64,000 nt of DNA from an uncultured Chloroflexia bacterium (lineage in GTDB: Bacteria > Chloroflexota > Limnocylindria > Limnocylindrales > CSP1-4), in the NCBI GenBank assembly GCA_963706695.1, contig CAVPNC010000003.1, forward strand, positions 99,190 to 163,189, given 5' to 3'. Shown piece by piece: positions 34,201-43,335 of the stretch (its first letter is position 1; every line of letters begins with the position of its first letter). Position numbers and translations under genes: made by a program. Under the pieces are notes generated by a model. That model was not told where the DNA came from, made no database searches, and saw nothing but the letters and a program-made list of their open reading frames with translations.

Positions 34201-35880
34201 ATGCCCGACGTCTTCGACCTCGCGCCCAAGGTGGAGCTGCACGTGCACCTCGAGGGCGCCATCCCGCCCGAGGCCCTGTGGTCGCTGGTGCAGGCCGACG
34301 GCGACCCTGCGACACCGACGCTCGAGGCCATGACCGATCGCTTCGAGTACCGCGACTTCGCTCACTTCATCGAGACCTGGCAGTGGATGCTGCCCTTCAT
34401 CCGCACGCCCGCCGACTGGACGGCCGTGGCGGAGGCCGTGGCGCGATCGCTGGCCGAACAGCACATCGTCTACGCGGAGGCCTCCATCTCGCCCACCGAC
34501 TTCCGCCAGCACGGGCTCTCGGTCGGCGCCATCGCCACGGCCGTGCGTCGCGGGCTCGACCGGGTCACAGGCACCCGGGTGAACCTGCTCGTCGACCTCG
34601 TTCGTGATACCGGGCCTCGATGGTGCGCACGCACGCTGGAGGAGGTCATCGAGGTCGCCGGTGAGGCCGGGATCGTGGGCATCACCATCGGCGGCTCCGA
34701 GCAGGACTTCCCGCCCGCGCCGTACGCGTCGGTCTACCGGCGCGCAGGGGACGCCGGACTCGGCCGAACCGCACACGCCGGCGAGGCCGGTGGACCGGCG
34801 AACGTGTGGACGGCACTGCGGGACCTGGGCGTGGATCGTGTCGGGCACGGCGTACGCTCGGTGGAGGACCCGGCGCTGGTCGACTACCTTGTGGATGCAG
34901 CCATCCCGCTGGAGCTGTGCCCGACCTCCAACATCCGCACCGGCGTCGTCGCATCGTGGGCCGAACACCCGGTCGTCGAGCTCATCGAGCGCGGCGCACG
35001 CGTCACCATCAACAGCGACGATCCCACCTACTTCGCGTGCTCGCTCGCGGGTGACCTGCGCCAGGTGGCCGAGCTGACCACGCTCGACGTGGAGGGCCAC
35101 ACCTCGTACGCCATCGAGGCCGCCTTCACCGACGACAGGGAGAAGGCGCGGCTCGCGGAGCTGGTCGCTGCCTGGTGGCGAGAGCGCTCGGCCGGAACCG
35201 CCGTGGGTGCTACGCTGCGCCGGTGGCGGACGGACCCAGCACCCGTGGTTGAGCAGCGCGCGAAGCGGGCGACGCTCGTGCTGGCGGACATCTCCGGGTA
35301 CACGGGGTTCCTCGCAGCGGTCGGCATCGCGCACGGTGCGCAGCTGGACTTCGGCGAGACGCCCCCAGCCTACCCCCTGATGACCACGCTCCTCGACTCG
35401 ATCGTGGGGAGCCTGACGCCGCCGTTCGTGCTCGCGAAGCTGGAAGGCGACGCCGTCTTCGCCTACGCCGATGACGAGACGCTGGATATGCGCGGGCCAG
35501 AAGTCACGGCCTGCCTGCGTGGCTGCTACGAGCGCTTCCGCGAGTACGTGCGCGAGACCGAGGCGGGGCTGACGTGCACCTGCGACGCTTGCAGCACCGG
35601 CGCCCGCCTGGACCTCAAGTTCGTCGTCCACCACGGCAGCTATGTGGCCCAAACCATCGCCGGCCGCGCGGAGCTGCTGGGCCCCGACGTGACCATCGCG
35701 CACAGGATGCTCAAGAACGACGTGGTTGCCACCACGGGCTGGGAGGCGTATGCGCTGCTCTCATCCGCGGCAGTGGAGTACCTGGACGTGCCGACCGGCG
35801 ATGGCGTGGCCCTTGAGCTCGAGTACGAGCACGTGGGTCGCCTGCCTGCCCTGGCGCTGCCGCTCGGGCGGGAAGGCTGA
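34201..35880 (+). CDS. adenosine deaminase fused to a C-terminal nucleotidyl-cyclase-like domain (DUF2652-like)
   Basis: ATG 34201. The ADA motifs are KVELHVHLEGA, HAGE and TINSDDP (about aa 1-330). About aa 355-559 carries LVLADISGYTGF and AKLEGDAVFAY, which resemble the two metal-Asp motifs of class III cyclases, plus CTCDAC and HRMLKN. Confidence 0.8.
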   Translation: MPDVFDLAPKVELHVHLEGAIPPEALWSLVQADGDPATPTLEAMTDRFEYRDFAHFIETWQWMLPFIRTPADWTAVAEAVARSLAEQHIVYAEASISPTDFRQHGLSVGAIATAVRRGLDRVTGTRVNLLVDLVRDTGPRWCARTLEEVIEVAGEAGIVGITIGGSEQDFPPAPYASVYRRAGDAGLGRTAHAGEAGGPANVWTALRDLGVDRVGHGVRSVEDPALVDYLVDAAIPLELCPTSNIRTGVVASWAEHPVVELIERGARVTINSDDPTYFACSLAGDLRQVAELTTLDVEGHTSYAIEAAFTDDREKARLAELVAAWWRERSAGTAVGATLRRWRTDPAPVVEQRAKRATLVLADISGYTGFLAAVGIAHGAQLDFGETPPAYPLMTTLLDSIVGSLTPPFVLAKLEGDAVFAYADDETLDMRGPEVTACLRGCYERFREYVRETEAGLTCTCDACSTGARLDLKFVVHHGSYVAQTIAGRAELLGPDVTIAHRMLKNDVVATTGWEAYALLSSAAVEYLDVPTGDGVALELEYEHVGRLPALALPLGREG

Positions 35881-35932
35881 GCCCCGCCCCGGAACCCGGG
35901 CACGCCGCGACGCGGGCCGGGAAGGACGGGGG

Positions 35933-36009
35933 TGGTGGGCGATACTGGATTCGAACCAGTGACCTCGCGGATGTGAACCGCGCGCTCTAACCAACTGAGC
36001 CAATCGCCC
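35933..36009 (-). tRNA. tRNA-Val(CAC): tRNA-Val, anticodon CAC, CCA encoded
   Basis: GGGCGATTGGCTCAGTTGGTTAGAGCGCGCGGTTCACATCCGCGAGGTCACTGGTTCGAATCCAGTATCGCCCACCA. All four stems pair perfectly when folded by hand, and the anticodon loop is TTCACAT. Confidence 0.95.
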
Positions 36010-36021
36010 GTGGGAGTGCAG

Positions 36022-36050
36022 AGTATAGCCCGCTCGCGGCGAACGTTCGA
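36022..36050 (-). promoter_or_regulatory. candidate promoter of tRNA-Val (TCGAAC-17-TATACT)
   Basis: Minus-strand reading is tcgaacgttcgccgcgagcgggcTATACT, ending 12 nt before the tRNA 5' end. Based on motif reading only. Confidence 0.35.
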
Positions 36051-36164
36051 GGAGCCGGTCGCGGCCGGCTGCGGCACCACCGAGCCCCTGCCCTGACCTC
36101 CCTCGCGATCATCGGTGCCCATCCGGTCCACGCGCAGTCGCTGCGGCGGCTGTCGAGAACGCGG

Positions 36165-36455
36165 TCAGCGGCCTCGGACGTCGAGGCCGGGCCAGCGAGT
36201 GCGCAGCTCGGCCGCCGCGAGTCCGTCCACGGCCACGCGCTTGTGCCGGCTGGTGGCTCCGGAGGCCAGGCGCACGGCGCTCTTGGGCACGCGCAGCTCC
36301 CTGGCCAGCAGTCGTGTCACCGCTGCGTTGGCAGCACCATCGGCCGGTGGCGCGGTCACCCGCACGCGCAGCTCGCCGACGTCATCGACCCCCTCGATGA
36401 CGTCCCGGCTCGATCGCGGCGTCACTCGAACGGCGATGACGGCTGCGCCGCTCAC
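36165..36455 (-). CDS. DUF167 (YggU) family protein
   Basis: 96-aa ORF with VRVTPRSSRDVIEG...LRVRVTAPPADGAANAAV..LLA. It overlaps the yggT stop. Confidence 0.8.
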   Translation of the reverse strand: MSGAAVIAVRVTPRSSRDVIEGVDDVGELRVRVTAPPADGAANAAVTRLLARELRVPKSAVRLASGATSRHKRVAVDGLAAAELRTRWPGLDVRGR

Positions 36456-36703
36456 AGGTACCAGGTGATGCGCATCAGCAAACCCAGGCCGATCAGCAGC
36501 ACCAGCGGCGAGAAGTCGAACTGGCCCGTCTGCGGCAGGACGTTGCGGATGGGCGCCAGGAACGGCTCCGTCAGGCTGTAGAGGAACTGGCCGATGGGCC
36601 TCTGGAACTGCGGGTCGATCCAGCTCATGAGCACGCGGCCCAGCATCACCACCCAGGCGGTGGTGACCAGCGACTGCAGCAGGATGCGGAGGAAGTCTTC
36701 CAT
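36452..36703 (-). CDS. YggT family membrane protein
   Basis: 83-aa ORF with two TM segments and TEPFLAPIRNVLP. Confidence 0.85.
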   Translation of the reverse strand: MEDFLRILLQSLVTTAWVVMLGRVLMSWIDPQFQRPIGQFLYSLTEPFLAPIRNVLPQTGQFDFSPLVLLIGLGLLMRITWYL

Positions 36704-36727
36704 TCGATCGTCACTCGTGCGTTCGTT

Positions 36728-37387
36728 CTAGGCGGGCGGCGGCCGCTCCCCGAAGAGCGCCCGGCCCACACGGACCAGCGTACTGCCCTCCTCGATCGCC
36801 ACCTCGTAGTCATCGGTCATGCCCATCGACAGCTCCGGCCCCAGCCGGGGGTCGGCCGCTCGCAGGCGCTCGGAGAGCTGGCGCAGACGGGCGAAGGTGG
36901 GTCGTGCGGCCTCCCCGCCGCCGGTATGGAAGCCCACCGTCATCAGGCCTGCGACCTCCAGGTGGGGCAAGCCCAGCACGCTCCCCAGCCCTCGCTCGAG
37001 GGCCTCGGGCAGGAAGCCGGCCTTGGCCGGATCGTCATCGACGTTGACCTGCAGCAGGATCGGGAGCCTGCCTCCGGCTCGTGACCCGCGTTCCTCCACC
37101 AGGCGGTCGAGCCTCGAGGCGAGGGCGCTCGAGTCGACCAATTCGATGACATCGAAGAGCTCGATGGCCTTGGCCGCCTTGTTCTTCTGGAGGTGCCCCA
37201 CGAGGTGCCACGTCGATGGGCCCAGGAGCGGGATCTTGTCGGCCGCCTCCTGCACGCGGTTCTCACCGAGCAGGTCATGACCGGCAGCCTGCGCCAGGCG
37301 CAACCGCTCCACGGGCAGGGTCTTGGAGATGGCCACGAGCTGCACGGTGCGCGCGGGGCGGCCCGAACGCGCGCAAGCCGCCGCCAT
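36728..37387 (-). CDS. yggS: YggS family pyridoxal phosphate homeostasis protein
   Basis: VQLVAISKTLPVE (PLP-lysine context), GENRVQE, WHLVGHLQKNK, SMGMTDDYEVAIEEGSTLVRVG. Confidence 0.88.
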   Translation of the reverse strand: MAAACARSGRPARTVQLVAISKTLPVERLRLAQAAGHDLLGENRVQEAADKIPLLGPSTWHLVGHLQKNKAAKAIELFDVIELVDSSALASRLDRLVEERGSRAGGRLPILLQVNVDDDPAKAGFLPEALERGLGSVLGLPHLEVAGLMTVGFHTGGGEAARPTFARLRQLSERLRAADPRLGPELSMGMTDDYEVAIEEGSTLVRVGRALFGERPPPA

Positions 37388-37474
37388 GCGCTCGAGGACC
37401 TCGGCGCGGGCAGCGGCCAGCTCGGAGATGACCCGCTCGCCGAGCGGGCCGGGATCAGCGATCGCGGCGGCGGA

Positions 37475-38689
37475 TCAGCGGCTCCGGCGCAGGAACGCCG
37501 GGATGTCGAGATCCTCCTCCTTGGAGGCGCTCCGCTCGGCAGCGGCGACGGGCTCACCGCTCGAGACGGGCACGGCGACGGCCTGCTTGGCCTCCGTCTC
37601 ACCCTTGGCTGTCGACTGGTCGCCGGCGGCCGTGCGCTGGCGGGCCAGCTCCTGCATGAAGTCGCGGTTGTCGAGACCCGCCTGCACGCCAGCGTCGATG
37701 CCGGCGTCAGCCTCCAGGCCCGGGTAGGCCCCGGCGCGGTTGCTGTCGAAGCCGGTGGCGATGACGGTGATCTGCAGGTCATCACCCATGCGCTCGTCGA
37801 TGACGGTGCCGAAGATGATGTTGGCCTCCGGGTCCGCCATCTCCTTGATGATCTCGGCGGCCTCGTCGACCTCGAAGAGGCCGAGGCTGGGACCGCCGGT
37901 CACGTTGAAGAGGATGCCCTGGGCACCGCTGATGCTGACCTCCAGCAGCGGGCTGCTGATGGCCTCGCGAGCGGCCTCCGCGGCGCGATCGGTGCCGCTG
38001 GCGCGGCCGATCCCCATGAGGGCGGAGCCAGCCGAGCGCATGACCGCGCGCACATCGGCGAAGTCGAGGTTGATGAGGCCCGGCACCGTGATGAGGTCGC
38101 TGATGCCCTGCACGCCCTGGCGCAGGACGTCGTCGACCACGCGGAAGGCGTCGATGATCGACGTCTCCTCGGTCACGACCTCCTTGAGGCGATCGTTGGG
38201 GATGGTGATGAGCGTGTCGACCTTGTCACGCAGGAGCTCCGCCGACTTCTCGGCGTTGAGACGGCGACGGGCGCCTTCCCACGTGAAGGGCTTGGTCACG
38301 ACGCCGATGGTCAGGGCACCCATATCGCGCGCGATCTCAGCGATGACGGGTGCGGCTCCCGACCCGGTCCCACCACCCATGCCGGCGGTGATGAAGACCA
38401 TGTCGGAGTCACGGAGGGCGTCGGCGATCTTCTCGGAGTCTTCCTCTGCGGCACGCTGGCCGATGGAGGGGTCACCGCCGGCGCCGAGGCCCCGGGTGAT
38501 CTTGTCGCCGATGCGGATCTTGTTGGGAGCGTCCGACTGCAGCAGGGCCTGGGCATCGGTGTTGACGGCGATGAACTCGACGCCCATCAGCTCGGCCCGG
38601 ATCATGCGGTTGACGGCATTGCTGCCACCACCGCCGACTCCGATGACCCTGATGAGGGCGAAGTTCTCTGAGTCTGAACGCAACGGCAT
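37475..38689 (-). CDS. ftsZ: cell division GTPase FtsZ
   Basis: [25 protein letters not shown] and the tubulin signature [11 protein letters not shown]. Confidence 0.97.
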   Translation of the reverse strand: MPLRSDSENFALIRVIGVGGGGSNAVNRMIRAELMGVEFIAVNTDAQALLQSDAPNKIRIGDKITRGLGAGGDPSIGQRAAEEDSEKIADALRDSDMVFITAGMGGGTGSGAAPVIAEIARDMGALTIGVVTKPFTWEGARRRLNAEKSAELLRDKVDTLITIPNDRLKEVVTEETSIIDAFRVVDDVLRQGVQGISDLITVPGLINLDFADVRAVMRSAGSALMGIGRASGTDRAAEAAREAISSPLLEVSISGAQGILFNVTGGPSLGLFEVDEAAEIIKEMADPEANIIFGTVIDERMGDDLQITVIATGFDSNRAGAYPGLEADAGIDAGVQAGLDNRDFMQELARQRTAAGDQSTAKGETEAKQAVAVPVSSGEPVAAAERSASKEEDLDIPAFLRRSR

Positions 38690-38944
38690 GTAGTGATCCC
38701 TCCAAGATCGCGCTACCAGGCATCTGTTAAGCCCGTTGGGCCACCCTCACGGTCAGGGCAACTCCGCAGACCACCTGGTCGTCGGGCGAGTATATCGTCG
38801 GTCCTCGACTCACGGATAGTGGCGCCCCGACGCGAATCGTGCGTGAGCGTAGCGCGTGCACGGCTAACTGGCGCCTTTGGTCAACGGTGAACGGTGCCCC
38901 CGCTCAGCCCGCCGGCCGGGGGAGCGGACGCGCCCCCGGAGCGG

Positions 38945-40180
38945 CTAGGGGAAGAGGCGACGGAACGTTTCGCGCAGTCGGTCCCAGCTCTGGGTCCGCG
39001 GCGGCGGCTCGTAGCGCTGCATGTCCTCGGTCGTGACCACGCGCGCAGCCCACAACAGGAGGCCGATGGCGGTCGCGTACTGCGGCGTGAGCAGATGGTC
39101 GGTGAGACCGCCGACGCCCTCCGGCTCCGCCACCCGTACGGGGATCTGGAGCACATCACGGGCGAGCTCGGCGGCGTTGGCCAGCTGGGACGCGCCACCG
39201 GTGAGCACGAGGCCTGCCGGGAGCCGGTGGGCATTGGCGTTGTCGGTCAGCTCCTCGCCGATCTTCTCGAAGAGCTCGCGCATGCGCGCATCGACGATCT
39301 CGGTCACGTCGGATCTGCGCGCCGGCCGGGCCACGCCGTCATCCACGATCTCCACCGCCGCCTCCGCATCAGCCGAGGCGCCGGCTCGGTCGGTCGAGCC
39401 GAACTGGAGCTTCAGCTGCTCAGCCGCGGTGAGGTTCGTGCGCAGGCCGATGGCGATGTCGTTGGTGACGTTGACGCCGCCGAGCGGGATGACCGAGGTG
39501 TAGAAGGGCGAGCCTTCCGCGTACAGCGCGAGGTCGGTGGTGCCGGCGCCGATGTCCGCCACGGCCACGCCCAGCTCTCGCTCGGTCTCGGTCAGCACCG
39601 CCTCACCCGAGGCGATGGCAGAGACGACCAGCTCATCGGGGCGCACGCCTGCCTGGCGCACGCACTTGGTCAGGTTCTGGAGCGCCGTCGCGCCACCATG
39701 CACGATGTGGGTCGTGACCTCCAGGCGGACGGCACTCATACCCTCCGGATCCTTCACGCCTTCCTGGCCGTCGACGGTGAAGTCTCGCGGCAGGACGTGC
39801 AGCACCTCCCGGTTGGAGGGGATGGTCACGGCGCGGGCGACCTCCGTCGCGCGCTCGATGTCCTCGCGGGTGATCTCGCGGTGAGCCCCGCTGACGGCCA
39901 CGGTGCCGCGCGAGTTGAGCGACTCGAGATGGTCACCCCCGACGCCCACGAAGGCCGCCTCCAGGCGCAAGCCCGATAGTCGTTCGGCCTGCTCGATGGC
40001 GCCATGGATGGAGCTGACCGTCTGGTCGATGTTGTTGACGAGCCCTTTCTTGACTCCGGTCGTGGGCATGGTGCCCTTGCCGATGATGTCCAGCGCGCCA
40101 TCGTTGGTGACTTCGCCGACGAGCACGACGACCTTGCTCGTCCCGACGTCAAGCGCCACCAGGATCGCTTCGTACTCCAA
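38945..40180 (-). CDS. ftsA: cell division protein FtsA
   Basis: 411-aa ORF with a TTG start after GAGGAAGGG. Actin-like ATPase motifs: LDVGTSKVVVLVGE, ADIGAGTTDL, GLVLTGGASQL. Confidence 0.93.
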   Translation of the reverse strand: MEYEAILVALDVGTSKVVVLVGEVTNDGALDIIGKGTMPTTGVKKGLVNNIDQTVSSIHGAIEQAERLSGLRLEAAFVGVGGDHLESLNSRGTVAVSGAHREITREDIERATEVARAVTIPSNREVLHVLPRDFTVDGQEGVKDPEGMSAVRLEVTTHIVHGGATALQNLTKCVRQAGVRPDELVVSAIASGEAVLTETERELGVAVADIGAGTTDLALYAEGSPFYTSVIPLGGVNVTNDIAIGLRTNLTAAEQLKLQFGSTDRAGASADAEAAVEIVDDGVARPARRSDVTEIVDARMRELFEKIGEELTDNANAHRLPAGLVLTGGASQLANAAELARDVLQIPVRVAEPEGVGGLTDHLLTPQYATAIGLLLWAARVVTTEDMQRYEPPPRTQSWDRLRETFRRLFP

Positions 40181-40218
40181 GTGATTCCCTTCCTCGACCT
40201 CTTGGGCCTGCCTGGCCC

Positions 40219-40234
40219 GGTGCGTCGACGCACC
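40219..40234. repeat. perfect 16-nt palindrome GGTGCGTCGACGCACC in the ftsQ-ftsA spacer
   Basis: Read directly at 40219-40234, anchored on the ftsA start (40180) and the ftsQ stop (40303). Confidence 0.8.
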
Positions 40235-40302
40235 ACGGCACCTACATTGTGGGCGATGCGGCGCGGTTGCGCATGGCCTGGCGGGCCGCGTGCGCTAGCT
40301 GA

Positions 40303-41223
40303 TCAGTCGAACGTCGTCCAGGTGCCGCAGGCCTCGTCCGAGAGCGCGAGACGCACGACCTCGAGCTTCCGTTCCTCGCTCGCGAGCAGCGCCTGCAGGC
40401 ATTGCACCTGGGCCGGGATGGTGTCCGGCGGCTGCACCGTGGGGTTGTAGTGGCCGAACAGCGCACGCCAGCCGCGATCGCTCTTGAGCACGTAGCCGGC
40501 GTCGGTGTCGACTTCCAGGGTCAGCTCCTGGGGCCGGATGCCCAGCAGCTCCGGGGTCAGCGCCAGCAGCAGGCGCATGACCGTCAGATCGGCCGGTCGC
40601 AGGTAGGTCCCCACCGTGGGTGCCTCGGTCCAGTTGCGGGTGTCCTGGACCGTGGGCAGGGCCTCACGGGCCACGAGCCCGACAGCGCGCGCGCTGTCGG
40701 GTGGCGCGCTCCCGGCCGCTTCCTCGGCCGTGGCCGCGGGCTCCCCATCGGCCACGACCTGGGCCGTGGTCTCATCGGCGGGCGCGAAGAGCATGCCCTC
40801 CTCGTCCACCAGCCACGAGACGGCCCGGTTGCTCCAGATGAACACCGGGTCGCGCTCGTCGAGCCCGACGGTCACGTCCGCGGGCAGGGTCACGCGGGCG
40901 TAGGCCGCGTCGACCTCGGTCAGGGTGGAGAGCTCGCTGACGATGTCCGAGGCCCGCACGCGGAAGATGTTGGGGCCGCGCTCGAGGTCGCTGAGCTTCG
41001 CCCGGACGGCGGCCTCGTCCGCGTGCACCAGGCCCTGGAACTCGACGCTCTCCTCGGACACCCGGAAGGCGTCGTCGGTCAGGAGCCAGAAGAGGACGGA
41101 GGTCAGCAGCACCAGGCCGATGGCGCCGACCATTCGCGCGAGGGTGGTGTGGCCCGACCGCCGGGGAGGCGGCGGCGTGCGTGGCGCGATGGCGCCGGCA
41201 CGACCCGGGCGAGCACTGCTCAC
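40303..41223 (-). CDS. ftsQ: cell division protein FtsQ (POTRA domain)
   Basis: 306-aa ORF with a basic N-terminus and one TM segment (MVGAIGLVLLTSVLFWLL), then a POTRA-like FRVSEESVEFQGLVHADEAAV. Its position between ddl and ftsA supports the call. Confidence 0.8.
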   Translation of the reverse strand: MSSARPGRAGAIAPRTPPPPRRSGHTTLARMVGAIGLVLLTSVLFWLLTDDAFRVSEESVEFQGLVHADEAAVRAKLSDLERGPNIFRVRASDIVSELSTLTEVDAAYARVTLPADVTVGLDERDPVFIWSNRAVSWLVDEEGMLFAPADETTAQVVADGEPAATAEEAAGSAPPDSARAVGLVAREALPTVQDTRNWTEAPTVGTYLRPADLTVMRLLLALTPELLGIRPQELTLEVDTDAGYVLKSDRGWRALFGHYNPTVQPPDTIPAQVQCLQALLASEERKLEVVRLALSDEACGTWTTFD

Positions 41224-42347
41224 GGCAGCTCGTCGGGTCGCAGCTCGTGACGGGAACGGGAAGCGGCCCGTTCGAGGGCCAGCTCCACGATGCGTTCGCA
41301 GGTGCCGGCGAAGTCATGGCCAGCCAGCCCTGCCATGCGCGGGAAGAGGCTGATGGGAGTGAAGCCCGGCAGGGTGTTGATCTCGCTGATATAGGGGATG
41401 CCGTCACTCGAGAGCAGGAGGTCCACGCGCGCGAACCCGCTGGCCCCGATGACCAGGAAGACCTCCACCGCGGCCGCGCGAATCGATTCCTGCAGCTGCG
41501 GATCGAGGTCGGCCAGGGCGACCGTCCGGCTCTCGGAGGAACGGTACTTGGCGTGGTAGTCGTAGAACTCGTTGCCGGGCATGATCTCACCCGGTCCATA
41601 GGCCTCCGTATCGAGCCGGGTGTTGCCCATGACCGCGACCTCGAGCTCACGAGGGTGGTCGAGGTAGGGCTCCACGAGCACCAGGTCGTCGTAGCGCATG
41701 GCCTCGTCGAGCGCCTGGTCGAGCTCGGGCCCATCGACCTCGTGGACGATGGATACGCCGATGCTCGAGCCCATGCGGGCGGGCTTGACGATGAGACGGG
41801 GGTCAGCGAACCCGGCGGCGAAGCGGCGCAGGCCTTCGAGCACGGCAGCACGATCGGCGGCCAGCTCCGGAGCCACGACCTCCGCCCACGGCAGGACGGG
41901 CAGCTCCAACGTGCCCACGACGCGCTTGAAGAGCGTCTTGTCCATGCCCACCGCGGAGGCGGCCGGACCGGCCCCGCAGTAGACCAGGCCGGCCGATTCG
42001 AGCAGCGATTGGAGCTGGCCGTCTTCGCCGAACGGACCGTGCAGGGCCGGGAACACCACTGGCACCGGGTCAGCCCCAGCCAGCGTCTCCAGGGCGGCCG
42101 CCGCGCGGTAGGGCCCATCCGCCTCCAGCGCGACGGGGTCACGGAAGACCTGCAGCGGCAGGTCCGGATCGAGGGCGCTCGCCGGCAACCGCCACCACGC
42201 ACCATCGAGCGTGAGCAGCCAGCCGCTGACGTCGTGGCCGGCATGGGCCAGGGCGGCGGCGATGGCCCGGCCCGAGACGAGCGAGACATCGTGCTCCGCG
42301 GACGGACCACCGAGCAGCACCGCGATGGCGGTCGGCGGCAGGCTCAT
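41220..42347 (-). CDS. ddl: D-alanine--D-alanine ligase
   Basis: Start taken at ATG 42347 (MSLPPTAIAVLLGGPSAEHDVSLVSG). ATP-grasp motifs: KPARMGSSIGVS, EINTLPGFT. The ORF-track start at 42410 would overlap murB. Confidence 0.9.
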   Translation of the reverse strand: MSLPPTAIAVLLGGPSAEHDVSLVSGRAIAAALAHAGHDVSGWLLTLDGAWWRLPASALDPDLPLQVFRDPVALEADGPYRAAAALETLAGADPVPVVFPALHGPFGEDGQLQSLLESAGLVYCGAGPAASAVGMDKTLFKRVVGTLELPVLPWAEVVAPELAADRAAVLEGLRRFAAGFADPRLIVKPARMGSSIGVSIVHEVDGPELDQALDEAMRYDDLVLVEPYLDHPRELEVAVMGNTRLDTEAYGPGEIMPGNEFYDYHAKYRSSESRTVALADLDPQLQESIRAAAVEVFLVIGASGFARVDLLLSSDGIPYISEINTLPGFTPISLFPRMAGLAGHDFAGTCERIVELALERAASRSRHELRPDELP

Positions 42348-42378
42348 GCTGCCACCGTGGTGCGGGTGTGGCTGACGG

Positions 42379-43335
42379 TCATGTCCCCTCCTCCGATGCA
42401 GGCCAGTCACCGACGAACTCGACCTCGTAGGCCAGCTCGATCCCGCGCTCTCGACGCACGGTCTCGCGCACGAGCGCAGCCAGCCCGCGAACGTCGGTGG
42501 CGGTGGCTCCGCCGGTGTTGACGATGAAGTTGGCGTGCTTGGGACTCACCTGGGCTCCCCCGAGGCGCTGCTCCTTGAGGCCCAGCTCGTCGATGAGGCG
42601 TCCGGCCGAGTCCCCCTCGGGATTACGGAAGACGCTGCCGGCCGACTTCTGGCCGATGGGTTGATGCTCCTGGCGCCAGCGACGGATGGAGCCGAGTCGC
42701 TCGGCGATGGTATCGGGTTCGGCGGGCTCCAGCTCGAAGCTGGCCTGGAGCACGACGTCAGGCCGGCCGATGGCGCTGTGCTTCAGCTGCGTCTCGCGGT
42801 AGGACATGCCCAGCTCAGCGGGGCCCAGTGACCGCTCCTCGCCGTCAGCGCCGACCACCAGCGCACTCCTGAGCACACCCTGCGTGTCCGAGCCGTGCGC
42901 ACCGGCGTTGGCCCACACCGCGCCCCCGACGGTGCCGGGGATGGCCAGCCCGAACTCGAGCCCGGAGAGCCCCGCGCCCTTGCCGGTCGTCGCCAGCTTG
43001 GCCATCTGCACGCCCGCCTCGGCGTGGATCGAGCGGTCTTCCACCCGCAGGCCGGCCGAGCGGACGACCACCACCAGCCCGCCGATCCCGGCGTCGCTGA
43101 TGATGAGATCGGAGCCGCGGCCGATGAGGAAGAGGGGGAGGTCACGCTGGCGCGCGAAACGCACGATGCCGCGCAGCTCGAAGAGGTTGCGCACCTCGGC
43201 GAAGAGATCCGCCGGGCCGCCCACGCGCATCGTCGTGAAGCGCGCGAGGGGCTCGTTGCGCGAGGTCTTGATGCCCAGCCGCCGCTGGATGTCACCCCCG
43301 AGCTTCAGCTGCTCCTCCGGGCTCAGGCGGGTCAT
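42379..43335 (-). CDS. murB: UDP-N-acetylenolpyruvoylglucosamine reductase
   Basis: 318-aa ORF with FTTMRVGGPADLF, FLIGRGSDLIISD, GLEFGLAIPGTVGGAV, AGSVFRNP. Confidence 0.92.
   Translation of the reverse strand: MTRLSPEEQLKLGGDIQRRLGIKTSRNEPLARFTTMRVGGPADLFAEVRNLFELRGIVRFARQRDLPLFLIGRGSDLIISDAGIGGLVVVVRSAGLRVEDRSIHAEAGVQMAKLATTGKGAGLSGLEFGLAIPGTVGGAVWANAGAHGSDTQGVLRSALVVGADGEERSLGPAELGMSYRETQLKHSAIGRPDVVLQASFELEPAEPDTIAERLGSIRRWRQEHQPIGQKSAGSVFRNPEGDSAGRLIDELGLKEQRLGGAQVSPKHANFIVNTGGATATDVRGLAALVRETVRRERGIELAYEVEFVGDWPASEEGT

Noticed and set aside
36728-37474. A possible N-terminal extension of yggS. The 29 in-frame codons between the ftsZ stop and ATG 37387 read like a typical YggS N-terminus (ERVISELAAARAEVLER).
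   Set aside because: No ATG, GTG or TTG is present in that stretch, so I kept the ATG at 37387. A non-canonical start or a mutated start codon remains possible.
38690-38944. Promoter-like hexamers in the 255-nt ftsA-ftsZ spacer (TTGACC near 38880 and TATACT near 38790, minus strand), plus a ccggggg/cccccgg hairpin just after the ftsA stop.
   Set aside because: The -35-like and -10-like elements are not at a compatible spacing from each other. I could not assemble a convincing promoter, so the spacer is left unannotated.
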